Shown: positions 43,233 to 52,472, numbered from the stretch's first letter. The stretch is DNA of 64,000 bases from Patescibacteria group bacterium (GCA_035510555.1 DATKGX010000048.1:12148-76147), one strand, 5' to 3'. The notes: a model not told the origin generated them from the sequence alone. Program-made: numbers and translations.

Positions 43233-43871
43233 TTAAGGAGTGTTGGTATAGACTGTCATTTTGGCAGACATACCATTTTTAATCTGCGGATAGCTGTAAG
43301 CATTAAATCTGGCATAGACGATAAATTGTTGCGTCGGTCTCTCGCTGGAAACTGAGAACTGTAATTGTGTTTGTTTGGCCGTCGGACTAATTTCGTCAAC
43401 ATATCCCCAAAATGTTTGTCCAGGAAGCGCGTCGATTGTAAACGAAACCACTTGACCAACTTTTACTTTATCTAAACCTTTATTCTCATCGATGGTGCCG
43501 GCAATGCGCATATCGGCAAAATTAATCATTTGCACCACCGGAGTTTGTGAACTGGCAAGGCTGCCAATCGCATTATCGGTTGAAACGATTAAACCGTCTT
43601 GGTAAGCGTTTAGAGAGCTTGTTCCAACAATTGCTAGAGCGTCACCTTTTTTGACTTGCTCCCCTTCGTAAACTTTTATATCTGCTATTGTCCCTGGAGT
43701 TTGCGGAGAAATCGTGATGATTGGCGCCTGCACTAGAGAGTCTTCGATACTCACCCTGTCTTTTAATAATTGGTAACCAATATATCCACCGATTAAAAGA
43801 ACAGCGACTATTACCACCAACATGACTCTTAAAACTTGCGGATTTTTAATTTTGGCAATTAAGTTTTTCAT
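43233..43871 (-). CDS. EmrA/HlyD-like membrane fusion protein (short)
   Basis: N-terminal TM, G.I..IKV.EGEQVKKGD, VKVGQ.V...DA.P...F.G.V..ISP. Confidence 0.8.
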   Translation of the reverse strand: MKNLIAKIKNPQVLRVMLVVIVAVLLIGGYIGYQLLKDRVSIEDSLVQAPIITISPQTPGTIADIKVYEGEQVKKGDALAIVGTSSLNAYQDGLIVSTDNAIGSLASSQTPVVQMINFADMRIAGTIDENKGLDKVKVGQVVSFTIDALPGQTFWGYVDEISPTAKQTQLQFSVSSERPTQQFIVYARFNAYSYPQIKNGMSAKMTVYTNTP

Positions 43872-44977
43872 ATAATTGAATACAATTTTGAAATAATTGA
43901 TTGCGGATTGGTAATTACTTTGTCTGTATCTAAAAGTCCGCTCATTACTTCCGTTTGTCCATTAACAGTATCTCCGGTTGTGACTTTTTTAAGCACTGGT
44001 TTCCCATTTCCCAACACCCAAACATGCGAGTCCGAAAGAACGGTCCATGACGGAACGAGAATTACTTTTTGATTGAAATTACTTTTAATCAGCACTGTTC
44101 CGCTTTGTCCTAATTTAACTGAAGTTGGAAGATTATTGATTTTAACATCAACTCTGTAAATTTGGTCACCGTTTGCCAAAATTGTCTTTTGTGGATAGAT
44201 TTTATCCACCACTCCCTGCAAAGTTTGACCACTTATTGCATCCAGAGAAACCGTCACCGGATTGCCAACACTGATAAAAGCGATTTCCTGTTGTCTGACG
44301 TTGGCGCTAAAAACCATTGAAGTCGGATCGGCGACTACGAAACTGGTGACCGGTGCAATATTAACTCCGGTCGTATTTACATCTTCATGCAAAATAATAC
44401 CGTTGATGGGGCTTGTTAGAGTTGCAAGCTGTAATGAATAATTGGCTAGGTCAACGCTAAGCTGAGCTGAATTTTGCGCTAAATTAGCGTTATCCACTAA
44501 TCTTTTAACTGCATCGTAAACAACTTGAGTTTCTGGAATGGCGGAATATCCTTGCTTATTAGTTGTATCCAAAGTTGTTCTTTGTTGGCCTTCCAAAACG
44601 CCGGCGTTTTGGTTTTCCTGTGTTTGACCAACGGTATTTTTTGTAGCTTGATAGGTATTGGCTACAATCTGTAATTGTTTTTGCAAAGCGTAAGTATCCA
44701 GTTGGGCAATCGTCTGACCCTGGGAAATTGCGTCTCCTTCTTTAAACGGAAGATATATTAATTTTCCGCCCATTTGGAAATTTAAAACAGCTTGGGTTTG
44801 TGCGGCAATGCTACCGGTTGCCAAAATTTTCTCTGAAACTGCATTTACACTCACTGTTTCAGTTTTGGGAGAGGAAGCGGCGTGAACAAGAAAGGTAACG
44901 GCAAAAATGCCGATGATTACCACAAAAATTGTAACTACGACATATCTTAAAGTTTGTTTGTTGAATAATTTTTTCAT
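43868..44977 (-). CDS. Efflux periplasmic adaptor (HlyD/RND MFP family)
   Basis: ATGSI....A.LNF..GG......KEGD.I..GQ.IA.LD, L.SPING, C-terminal EV.SGL...DKVI. Confidence 0.85.
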   Translation of the reverse strand: MKKLFNKQTLRYVVVTIFVVIIGIFAVTFLVHAASSPKTETVSVNAVSEKILATGSIAAQTQAVLNFQMGGKLIYLPFKEGDAISQGQTIAQLDTYALQKQLQIVANTYQATKNTVGQTQENQNAGVLEGQQRTTLDTTNKQGYSAIPETQVVYDAVKRLVDNANLAQNSAQLSVDLANYSLQLATLTSPINGIILHEDVNTTGVNIAPVTSFVVADPTSMVFSANVRQQEIAFISVGNPVTVSLDAISGQTLQGVVDKIYPQKTILANGDQIYRVDVKINNLPTSVKLGQSGTVLIKSNFNQKVILVPSWTVLSDSHVWVLGNGKPVLKKVTTGDTVNGQTEVMSGLLDTDKVITNPQSIISKLYSII

Positions 44978-45405
44978 AAGTTTGCTGATTTTTCTGCTAA
45001 AACTTCTAAAATTCTGAGTAAGTCTAATTTGTCTTGCTTCGAAAGATAGGACAAGAGTTTTTTCATTTTACTAGCTCTTTGCTTTTTGACTTGTGTCAGC
45101 AATTTTTCGCCTTGTTTGGTCAAATTAATTTTAACGATTCTTCTGTCTTTAATATCATTTTCTCTTCTTACTAACTTTGCCGTAATTAATTTATCAACTA
45201 GCGCAGTTGCGGTTGGCATGGTAGTGGCAAAATGACTGGCAATATCTCCCATATGCATTCCCGCTTTTTTTTTAATGTACTCAAGCGCTTGACACTGCAG
45301 TATGGTTGGATGAGAATGCTCAAAACTTCCAGACACACCACCTTTAAAATTTCTGCCTAAGTTAAATATTGCTTCTAGAATCTGGTCATTTATTTCGTCT
45401 GCCAT
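44974..45405 (-). CDS. MarR-family transcriptional regulator
   Basis: T.LVDKL....LVRR.....DRR...I.LT..G winged-HTH signature. Confidence 0.92.
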   Translation of the reverse strand: MADEINDQILEAIFNLGRNFKGGVSGSFEHSHPTILQCQALEYIKKKAGMHMGDIASHFATTMPTATALVDKLITAKLVRRENDIKDRRIVKINLTKQGEKLLTQVKKQRASKMKKLLSYLSKQDKLDLLRILEVLAEKSANL

Positions 45406-45424
45406 ATTATTAAATGGACTAATT

Positions 45425-45460
45425 GTTAGATAGTATAACTAATTTTGGGAGAAATGTCAA
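45425..45460 (-). promoter_or_regulatory. Sigma70 promoter of the marR-efflux operon with overlapping imperfect palindrome (putative MarR operator)
   Basis: TTGACA (45455-60)-N17-TATACT (45432-37); GTTA-gatagta-TAAC over the -10. Confidence 0.6.
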
Positions 45461-45501
45461 ATGTTAGTTTTTGGGTTGTTCTGATGATATAATAATAGTA
45501 C

Positions 45502-45575
45502 GCCGCCATCGTCTAGTGGCCTAGGACGTCAGATTCTCATTCTGAAGATCGCGGGTTCAACTCCCGCTGGCGGTA
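45502..45575 (+). tRNA. tRNA-Glu (anticodon CTC), CCA not encoded
   Basis: Acceptor GCCGCCA/TGGCGGT, anticodon arm TCAGA-TTCTCAT-TCTGA, T arm GCGGG-TTCAACT-CCCGC; TGATATAAT upstream. Confidence 0.93.
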
Positions 45576-47089
45576 CTCAGTGAGAGCCCCTTATTGTCAA
45601 ACATTCGAATAGATTGATATATCGGGCTAATCTCGGTGTTGTAGCACCCCGGATACCCCCAAACCAGCCCAGAGGGAAATATTGAACACAGTAGGACTCG
45701 AATCTGGCTTAAGTTTGACATCTGATAAGTCGTTCCTAAATTGGCAAACTTTTCTTTCATAAATTTTACGATTGATTCAAGATTATATTTTGCCAACAAT
45801 GCATCATCTTTTGAAATTTGAATTGCCCTAACTTGGTCTTCAATTAACTTATTTTGCTCTTTAAATATTTCATCAGAAAAGACACCGGTTAAATTTTTCT
45901 GAATAAGTGATTGTCGAAGTTCAAATAACCTTTTTAATTCCTTATCCGCTTCATCTCGTCGTTTCTGAAGTTGTCCTACTCGTTGATAATAAGTTCTTCT
46001 TAAAAGAGCTATAAAGGCGTCTAGTCCTTCTCTTGTTGGAGTTATGCTTGATAAATACTGTATTGTTTCAGTTTGTACTTTATCAACGGAAATGGAAGGT
46101 GATTGACAACCCTTTTGACATCTATAATAAGCGTATCGGGCAAGCTTACCCTTACTCCATCCACCTGTTACCGGTTTCTTGCAAACTCCACAGATTAAAA
46201 TTCTTCTTAATGGAAATTCTTTATTGTCCATATTTCTTCTTGCAATGGGTACGTTGATATTAGTATTTCTTCCATCAATTGCCGCCTGAACCCTATAGAA
46301 AACCGCTTCCGATACCATCGGCAAATGTTGGCCTTTAATTCTTTCGGGATATTTGTCAGAAGATAATAATCCAATGTAATAACAACTTCTAAACATTCTA
46401 CTTAATGTTTGCGGTCTAATAATGTGTTCTTTACCCTTGTATCGATGTACTACTCCCCAACTATTTAAAAGGTTTGCCATTTCTCGCAAGGTTTTTGTTC
46501 CTGTCGCCATAAGTTCCCATGCCTTTTTTACTTTTTCCCAAGCCTCCGGATCTTTTACCGTATATCCGTTTTCATTTTTATAACCAAGCGGGGCGACTCC
46601 ACTTTTGAGACCCGTCAGAAATCTTGCCCGTAATCCGTTTTTTGTTCGTTCGCTTCTTACGTCATTATCCATTTGGGCAAAACTGGCAAGCATTGTTTCC
46701 ACGAATTTCTCAGTAGGGCTATTGCCTGTTGGTTCGGAAGCAGAAATAAGAGATATTTCGCACTCGACAAGTTTTCTTCTTATCGCTAGATAATCCGAAG
46801 TCTGTCTTGAAAGTCTATCTAATCTATAAATAATGAGCGCGTCAATATTTCGCTTATTCTTTTTGCAAAAATCCAACATCTCAATTAGAACCGGCCTCCC
46901 AGATATGGTTTTTGCAGAACGTCCTTCTTCCCTAAAAATCTTAATTATCCCCATCCATCTTCTTTCGGCTTCTTGTTTACATAGCTTCTCCTGTGTCCCC
47001 AAAGAAAAATTATCAACTTGCTCCTCCGTAGAAACTCGCAAATACATTATTGCCTGTTTTTGTCCAAAATTGTTTGTTATTGATTCCAT
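45557..47089 (-). CDS. Large serine recombinase (integrase); 3' end runs through the att core into the tRNA
   Basis: YLRVSTEEQ catalytic motif, REEGRSA, YRLDRLSR, PLGY recombinase domain, zinc ribbon C..C / YYRC...C, coiled coil. Confidence 0.93.
   Translation of the reverse strand: MESITNNFGQKQAIMYLRVSTEEQVDNFSLGTQEKLCKQEAERRWMGIIKIFREEGRSAKTISGRPVLIEMLDFCKKNKRNIDALIIYRLDRLSRQTSDYLAIRRKLVECEISLISASEPTGNSPTEKFVETMLASFAQMDNDVRSERTKNGLRARFLTGLKSGVAPLGYKNENGYTVKDPEAWEKVKKAWELMATGTKTLREMANLLNSWGVVHRYKGKEHIIRPQTLSRMFRSCYYIGLLSSDKYPERIKGQHLPMVSEAVFYRVQAAIDGRNTNINVPIARRNMDNKEFPLRRILICGVCKKPVTGGWSKGKLARYAYYRCQKGCQSPSISVDKVQTETIQYLSSITPTREGLDAFIALLRRTYYQRVGQLQKRRDEADKELKRLFELRQSLIQKNLTGVFSDEIFKEQNKLIEDQVRAIQISKDDALLAKYNLESIVKFMKEKFANLGTTYQMSNLSQIRVLLCSIFPSGLVWGYPGCYNTEISPIYQSIRMFDNKGLSLSTASGS
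45567..45585 (+). repeat. att site at the tRNA end (core CTGGCGGTAC plus TCAGTGAGA)
   Basis: Exact 19-bp match to 60065-60083; 9/10 core match to 61068-61077. Confidence 0.88.
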
Positions 47090-47092
47090 AAT

Positions 47093-47422
47093 CTACCCTC
47101 CGTTTAAAATTTCTTTTAAAGTCATCCCTTTGAACGTTTCTCTTTCATATTCATCAAGCCAACCGTCAATTAAGAATTCAAATTCCGTGACCATAATCTC
47201 TACTTGCTCGCTTGATAAAGCCTTGCCAACCTCTCCAAGAATTCCTTTTACCTGTACTACTTTTATTTCTTCGCTATGTTTTGGAAATATGGAATTTAGA
47301 GCATTTTCTATTGAAGTTTGGGGGGTAAGTTGGTTAGGCACATTGGGGTTTATTGATGTGGAACCTACCCTAGAAACGGTTTCTATTGAAGGAAAAAGTG
47401 ATAAAGTTAAAGCTTCTTGCAT
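47093..47422 (-). CDS. Hypothetical protein co-transcribed upstream of the recombinase
   Basis: 109 aa, ends 3 nt before the recombinase ATG; promoter upstream. Confidence 0.65.
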   Translation of the reverse strand: MQEALTLSLFPSIETVSRVGSTSINPNVPNQLTPQTSIENALNSIFPKHSEEIKVVQVKGILGEVGKALSSEQVEIMVTEFEFLIDGWLDEYERETFKGMTLKEILNGG

Positions 47423-47430
47423 GTTAGTAA

Positions 47431-47479
47431 AACTATCTCATTTGAGATAATTGTATATCCCGAACGAGATAGTTGTCAA
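47431..47479 (-). promoter_or_regulatory. Recombinase-operon promoter with tandem palindromic operators
   Basis: TTGACA (47474-79)-N18-TACAAT; AACTATCTCA-TT-TGAGATAATT (47431-52) and degenerate copy ending CGAGATAGTT (47453-74). Confidence 0.6.
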
Positions 47480-47670
47480 GGGGTTATAGTATTCTTTTAA
47501 GTCACTTTTAGGCATGAAAATGAGCAGTCTTTTAATTTCCTCTAAGCATTGTTTAAAAGGGCAGCTTTCAGTTCCTCTCAGTGCTTGGAGGAAATTAAAA
47601 ACTATTCTTGAATAGATAAATCTATGCGTAATTTGATTTACAAGTAGACATATTCTATAATTCAGGCCTT

Positions 47671-48081
47671 ATGGGAGTAGAAGGCGGCAGTCAAGGATAC
47701 GGAGAAGAAGATGGTGGTGGAGATAATAGTCCAACAGCAACACACTATTTCCTAGAAATTGTTCAGGAGGTAGTTGCTTCTCTGGATTCTGACACAAAAT
47801 GGGATCAAGGTGTACATGAAGGAAATGCGCTGATTGCTGCGTATGGCTTGGTCAGAACTGTTATGCCTAGCGAATTACCTCAATTCGGGAGCGCGCTTAC
47901 GGACTTATCAACAAAACATCCAGAATCTCTCCTAGTGGTAACCGGAGCATATAAATTAATCAGGGAGGCATATTCTGTTGAGCAAGGACTTAGTTCGCGA
48001 GAAGTCAGGAGATTGTTAGGCTTACCTACCAAAGGAAGAATCTTTCCTACTCAAGCTGATAAATCAAATTCAACGAGATAA
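47671..48081 (+). CDS. Hypothetical protein
   Basis: 136-aa ORF, TATAAT 9 nt before ATG. Confidence 0.6.
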   Translation: MGVEGGSQGYGEEDGGGDNSPTATHYFLEIVQEVVASLDSDTKWDQGVHEGNALIAAYGLVRTVMPSELPQFGSALTDLSTKHPESLLVVTGAYKLIREAYSVEQGLSSREVRRLLGLPTKGRIFPTQADKSNSTR

Positions 48082-48095
48082 GTTTTATAGACCCA

Positions 48096-48124
48096 TTGAC
48101 TTCACTTAGCCTCAGTGCTACACT
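48096..48124 (+). promoter_or_regulatory. Sigma70 promoter for the VirD4-like gene
   Basis: TTGACT-N17-TACACT with TG extension. Confidence 0.55.
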
Positions 48125-48164
48125 CTAGGCCACTTAGTAAACTCCTGCCCTTTACGAGAGGGCT

Positions 48165-50987
48165 ATGAATAATAGTGACTATCAGCAGGAGCTAGCATTA
48201 ATTCATCAGTTACAAACTCATACGTTTTCCGTAGGGCATGCCTATCTCCTCATTCTCTTTGGTCTTCCATTACCAATTCACTTAAAACTTGCTATCTACC
48301 ATTTCCTTACATCTCTACCGCTTCCGCAACTGTCTCCTATGCAAACAACCGTCCTCATCCTGGTCGGCCCAATCCTTTTCCTTGTATTCATGTATTTCTT
48401 TGTTAAGCTCGTAATTACTATCGTAAGAACGCTTATCCCTTTTGTTTTAACTAGATTTAAGAAGACAAAAGAAGAGAAGATATTCTTAGAGTTAACGTTC
48501 CCTTCAGATACAAGTAAGTCTGCGTATGCCACGGAGCAACTATATAAAACGATGCATACGGTAGCCGGAAGAAACAAAGGCTTTTTTTCTGTCAGGAAAA
48601 CATTTTCTTTGGAAATTGTCTCAAGCCGAAATGACGGAATTAGATATATCATTGGTGTTCCACCAGCTGATGCAGATGTTATGCGTCGAACCTTGATATC
48701 ATATCTTCCCGGTCTTTCTATCCGAGAAATTCCGGATTATCTACAAAGCATGCTGGTTGTTGAAGAAAATGAAGATGCTAAGCAAGCAACAGAGAAATCA
48801 CTTGGTTTTGTACAATTTACTCTCTCCGATGACTTTGTCTTACCTTTAGAGAACCAAAAGGTGCTCGGAAAACACGATTCCATCGCATTTCTAGCCGGCA
48901 ACATGACTAAGCTTGAAAAAGGAGAGCTTGTCGCTTTCCAGATTGTCACAAGCCCTACGGTAAGTAGCAAAGTGAGGGAACACATGCTGCGTGCGAAAAA
49001 CGCTATCTATCAAGGAAAGCCATTATCTCCGGTTTTGTTTAAAAAAAGTGCTTTACCGCTTCCCCCTGCCCTCATCCTTATCCTAGGCCCTGTTGTTTGG
49101 CTTACGGTTTCGTTTGTAAAACTTTTACTTGCCATGCCTCACCTGATCCTTGATCCTAAGGGGCCACACGCAAAATATTTTTTTGATTCAAGTTCAAAAA
49201 GTCAGCTGCAAGCTATTCTTAATCCTTATGAAATGGAACTTTCAACGGTTGTCAAAGGAAAACTCTCAGAACAGTTGTTTGAAACATCAATCAGGCTACT
49301 TATTATGACAAATACCGAGGAAGAATCTGATGCCAGACAAACCGGCCTTGTCTCCTCATTTAGTCAATTTACAAGCCAGTACCAATCATTAGTACAACAA
49401 GAAATGACTCCACTCCCATTTTTAGCTAATCAAATATTTAAGAAACGCTTCACAGATTTTCAAAAGCGTAATCTATCCAATGACAACTTAATCCTTTCTT
49501 CATCTGAAATTTCCGACCTATACCATTTCCCTAATATGGATATTACAAAAATTGAGGGGCTGGTTAAAAGTAAGAGCAGTGAGCTACCAGCACCCAGGTC
49601 CATAAAAAGAGATGATGGCGATCTTGATGTCATTGTCGGTAAGAATACCTATGGAGGAGAGGAAACAGCAGTTGGGCTAAGAAAGAGGGATCGATATCAA
49701 CATACATACATCGTCGGTAAAACGGGTATGGGAAAATCTACCATTATCGAGGGGATGGCATTACAGGATATTCAAAGCGGAAAAGGGATCTGTGTTATTG
49801 ATCCGCATGGAGACATGGTTGAGCATTTATTAACCTTAATTCCCAAAGATAGACAAAAGGATGTTGTCTTTGTTAATCCATTTGATAAAGAGTTTCCTAC
49901 AGGGCTTAATATTTTAAATCCCGGTACAAATTACGAAGATCTTGAAGAAGAACACCGAAGAATTGCCCAAACTGTGATGTCAATATTTATGAAAATAACG
50001 CCGGAAAGACATTGGGGCCAACGTATGGAACATATTTTAAGAAATGCGATTCTGACAACTCTCCTAATACAAGCAGGCACTACGAATACACCCTACATTT
50101 CCCTTTATACAATCCAAAAGCTTTTAACAGATGATAAGTATCGAAAATCTGTTACGGGAACTCTTTCCGATCCTATTTTAAAGCAGTTCTGGGAAAAAGA
50201 ATTTATGTTGTTTAGAAAAGGTCAGCAGGGGGATATGGTTGCGCCCTTAACAAATAAAATCGGAGAATTTATTACCGATCCACTCTCGCGATTCATATTA
50301 CTGCAGAAAAATAGCACCATCAATATTTCAGAAATTATGGATAATAGTAAAATCTTGCTTGTTAACCTTTCTAAGGGAAATTTAGGAGAGGAAAGAAGCG
50401 CCTTTTTTGGAACAATAATTACCTCTCTTATTCAACTTGCTACCTATCAAAGAGCACAGACTGAGGAAAAGAAAAGGCGTGATTTTTTCGTTTACATTGA
50501 TGAATTTCAAAACTTTGCAACGCCTCATTTTACCGAGCTGTTTTCAGAAGCCAGAAAATATCATGTATATTTTACCCCTTCTCACCAAAACATTGCCCAG
50601 ATTGATGATCCAAAAGTGTCAAAAGTAATTAAAGGCAATAGCGGAAACTTCATTGCTCTTAAAGGAAGCTCTGATGATGAAGAGGCTATGCTACCCATTT
50701 TCTCCCCGGAAGTAGAGAAAGGACAAATCGTCAATCTTGCTCCTTTTCATTTCTTTATGAAAGTAACCAATGATGAAAGTGAAGACGCCTTTACCGGTGT
50801 TACAATACCGGTTGAAAGTAGCGGAAGTAAAGAAACAAAGGAGGGTATTATTAAACAATCAAGACTGCATTACGCAACCAAACGGGAAGATGTTGAAAAG
50901 CAATTAGAACAGCTACTTAAAGTCGCTCCAAAGGTTCAAAAACAAGTGCTTAAAAATACAAGGATTAAAAAGAAACGATTAGCATAA
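48165..50987 (+). CDS. VirD4/TraG-like type IV coupling ATPase (HerA/FtsK superfamily) with N-terminal membrane domain
   Basis: Walker A HTYIVGKTGMGKS, VIDPHGD, LLVNLSKG, Walker B YIDEFQNF, SEARKY, HQ..AQ. Confidence 0.85.
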   Translation: MNNSDYQQELALIHQLQTHTFSVGHAYLLILFGLPLPIHLKLAIYHFLTSLPLPQLSPMQTTVLILVGPILFLVFMYFFVKLVITIVRTLIPFVLTRFKKTKEEKIFLELTFPSDTSKSAYATEQLYKTMHTVAGRNKGFFSVRKTFSLEIVSSRNDGIRYIIGVPPADADVMRRTLISYLPGLSIREIPDYLQSMLVVEENEDAKQATEKSLGFVQFTLSDDFVLPLENQKVLGKHDSIAFLAGNMTKLEKGELVAFQIVTSPTVSSKVREHMLRAKNAIYQGKPLSPVLFKKSALPLPPALILILGPVVWLTVSFVKLLLAMPHLILDPKGPHAKYFFDSSSKSQLQAILNPYEMELSTVVKGKLSEQLFETSIRLLIMTNTEEESDARQTGLVSSFSQFTSQYQSLVQQEMTPLPFLANQIFKKRFTDFQKRNLSNDNLILSSSEISDLYHFPNMDITKIEGLVKSKSSELPAPRSIKRDDGDLDVIVGKNTYGGEETAVGLRKRDRYQHTYIVGKTGMGKSTIIEGMALQDIQSGKGICVIDPHGDMVEHLLTLIPKDRQKDVVFVNPFDKEFPTGLNILNPGTNYEDLEEEHRRIAQTVMSIFMKITPERHWGQRMEHILRNAILTTLLIQAGTTNTPYISLYTIQKLLTDDKYRKSVTGTLSDPILKQFWEKEFMLFRKGQQGDMVAPLTNKIGEFITDPLSRFILLQKNSTINISEIMDNSKILLVNLSKGNLGEERSAFFGTIITSLIQLATYQRAQTEEKKRRDFFVYIDEFQNFATPHFTELFSEARKYHVYFTPSHQNIAQIDDPKVSKVIKGNSGNFIALKGSSDDEEAMLPIFSPEVEKGQIVNLAPFHFFMKVTNDESEDAFTGVTIPVESSGSKETKEGIIKQSRLHYATKREDVEKQLEQLLKVAPKVQKQVLKNTRIKKKRLA

Positions 50988-51127
50988 TTGTCCTCGATGT
51001 TGAGGACAATATTTTAGGCAATTTGAGCATAAATTAAAGATAAATTGTGACACCTACCCTTACCAAATACGGAGTATATTATACGGTTGGGTATGGCATA
51101 AATACTAAACTTACAAAAAATAACTTA

Positions 51128-51922
51128 ATGACACAACTAAACCTAACAAACAAACAACAAGAAATATTAACACTAATCCCTAGATTTAGATTCTTAGACA
51201 GAACCCATATCCAAACATTCTTAAAACATAAAGACAAGAAACGAATCAACAGCTGGTTAAAAAACTTAACAGAAAAAGAATACATACAAAGAATATATGA
51301 CAATCATATTGTGGGAAAGAATAGAAGAGCTGCTATCTTTTCTTTAAATAACAACGGAGTAAGATTTGTAAAAGCTTTAGGAATATATGACAGATCTTTT
51401 ATTCATAAACTGTATTGGGACAAAGACAGGTCTGATGCGTTTATTGAGCGCTGTCTATTTATTGCCACAATCTGTTGTGAGCTTGAAAAGAAAGAAAGCA
51501 ATATGCTGCATTACGAATACGCAACTGAAAGCGATTTCTGTGATCCAACTAACCCCTTTCATTTTTTAAAAGTTTCTAAATTACCAATCGATTTATACTT
51601 TAAAAAAAGAAAGGGAAGATTAACAAAGCATTTTCTACTGACATTATTTGAGCAAACTCTTCCGCGTTACAGACTACGAAAAAGGATTAGGGATTATCTA
51701 GAATTTTACTATAGTAATGACTGGAAGAATCTTACAAATACTAAATTTCCCACGCTATTATTTGTGTTTCAAACAAAAGAGCGCATGATTTATGCAAAGA
51801 GGTATATCAAAACGCTGTTTGATGATGATAGCCCTGATGATTTATCAATCAATCTCGCGGTAGCTAGCGACGTACAAACCGAAGGTGGCGTTACTGGAGA
51901 GATTTGGGAAGAGGTTGAATAA
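51128..51922 (+). CDS. Replication-relaxation (Replic_Relax)-like protein
   Basis: N-terminal wHTH (RFRFL...IQ..L....L..L....YI.R), C-terminal Y..Y.......FPTLLFV, position after a coupling protein; ATG 51128 preferred to GTG 51047. Confidence 0.65.
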   Translation: MTQLNLTNKQQEILTLIPRFRFLDRTHIQTFLKHKDKKRINSWLKNLTEKEYIQRIYDNHIVGKNRRAAIFSLNNNGVRFVKALGIYDRSFIHKLYWDKDRSDAFIERCLFIATICCELEKKESNMLHYEYATESDFCDPTNPFHFLKVSKLPIDLYFKKRKGRLTKHFLLTLFEQTLPRYRLRKRIRDYLEFYYSNDWKNLTNTKFPTLLFVFQTKERMIYAKRYIKTLFDDDSPDDLSINLAVASDVQTEGGVTGEIWEEVE

Positions 51923-51923
51923 A

Positions 51924-51957
51924 AATCCTACCGCTTCGGTTAGAAAGCGGTAGGATT
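51924..51957. terminator. Bidirectional intrinsic terminator between convergent genes
   Basis: Perfect 13-bp stem AATCCTACCGCTT/AAGCGGTAGGATT. Confidence 0.75.
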
Positions 51958-51963
51958 AAAGCC

Positions 51964-52272
51964 CTACTCTTGTGGTTCGTGTAGCTTTTTAATTTCTGAA
52001 AGCCTGATAGGCTTAAAATACATGTCCCTTTCAATACTTAAATCCATCGGACCCTTAAGGTTTTGCAGTTCGGAAAGACTAAAATATCCTAACTCTGGAT
52101 AGTCTCCTGCTACGTAACCGAAAAAAGAATCTTTTCCGTCAAATTCTATGCCGTACCATTTCCAGCTTGTCCAAACAGCAAAGAATTTACAAACAACCAT
52201 CGGATCTTTCTCGTTTTCTTGAGAATAGAGTGCCGGCAATGCTTTTCTTAGTTCTTCTGTTATTAGTTTCAT
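51964..52272 (-). CDS. DUF2958-family protein
   Basis: LP.LYSQE..KDP.V..KFF....W.WY..E....FFG.V.G..PELGYFSLSEL.......IERD.YF. Confidence 0.85.
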   Translation of the reverse strand: MKLITEELRKALPALYSQENEKDPMVVCKFFAVWTSWKWYGIEFDGKDSFFGYVAGDYPELGYFSLSELQNLKGPMDLSIERDMYFKPIRLSEIKKLHEPQE

Positions 52273-52472
52273 ATTTCACCCCCTCTCTTTTTAGAATTTG
52301 TTTTTAGGAAGCAAACCTGCTTCCTATACCAGAGACGAAATATGCGGGGTGAAGATTACAAGAGCGAAGCAAAGACTTCGTTTATATACTCTTGTAATCT
52401 GAGGGGTGCAACCCTTAGAAACACTAAATGTAAAACTTGAAACTAAATTTATTGTTAAACTATAATGAGTAA

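Noticed and set aside
48106-48115. TTAGCCTCA in the VirD4 promoter spacer (similar at ~60106) as further cassette repeats
   Set aside because: Only the short right block is present; too little to call
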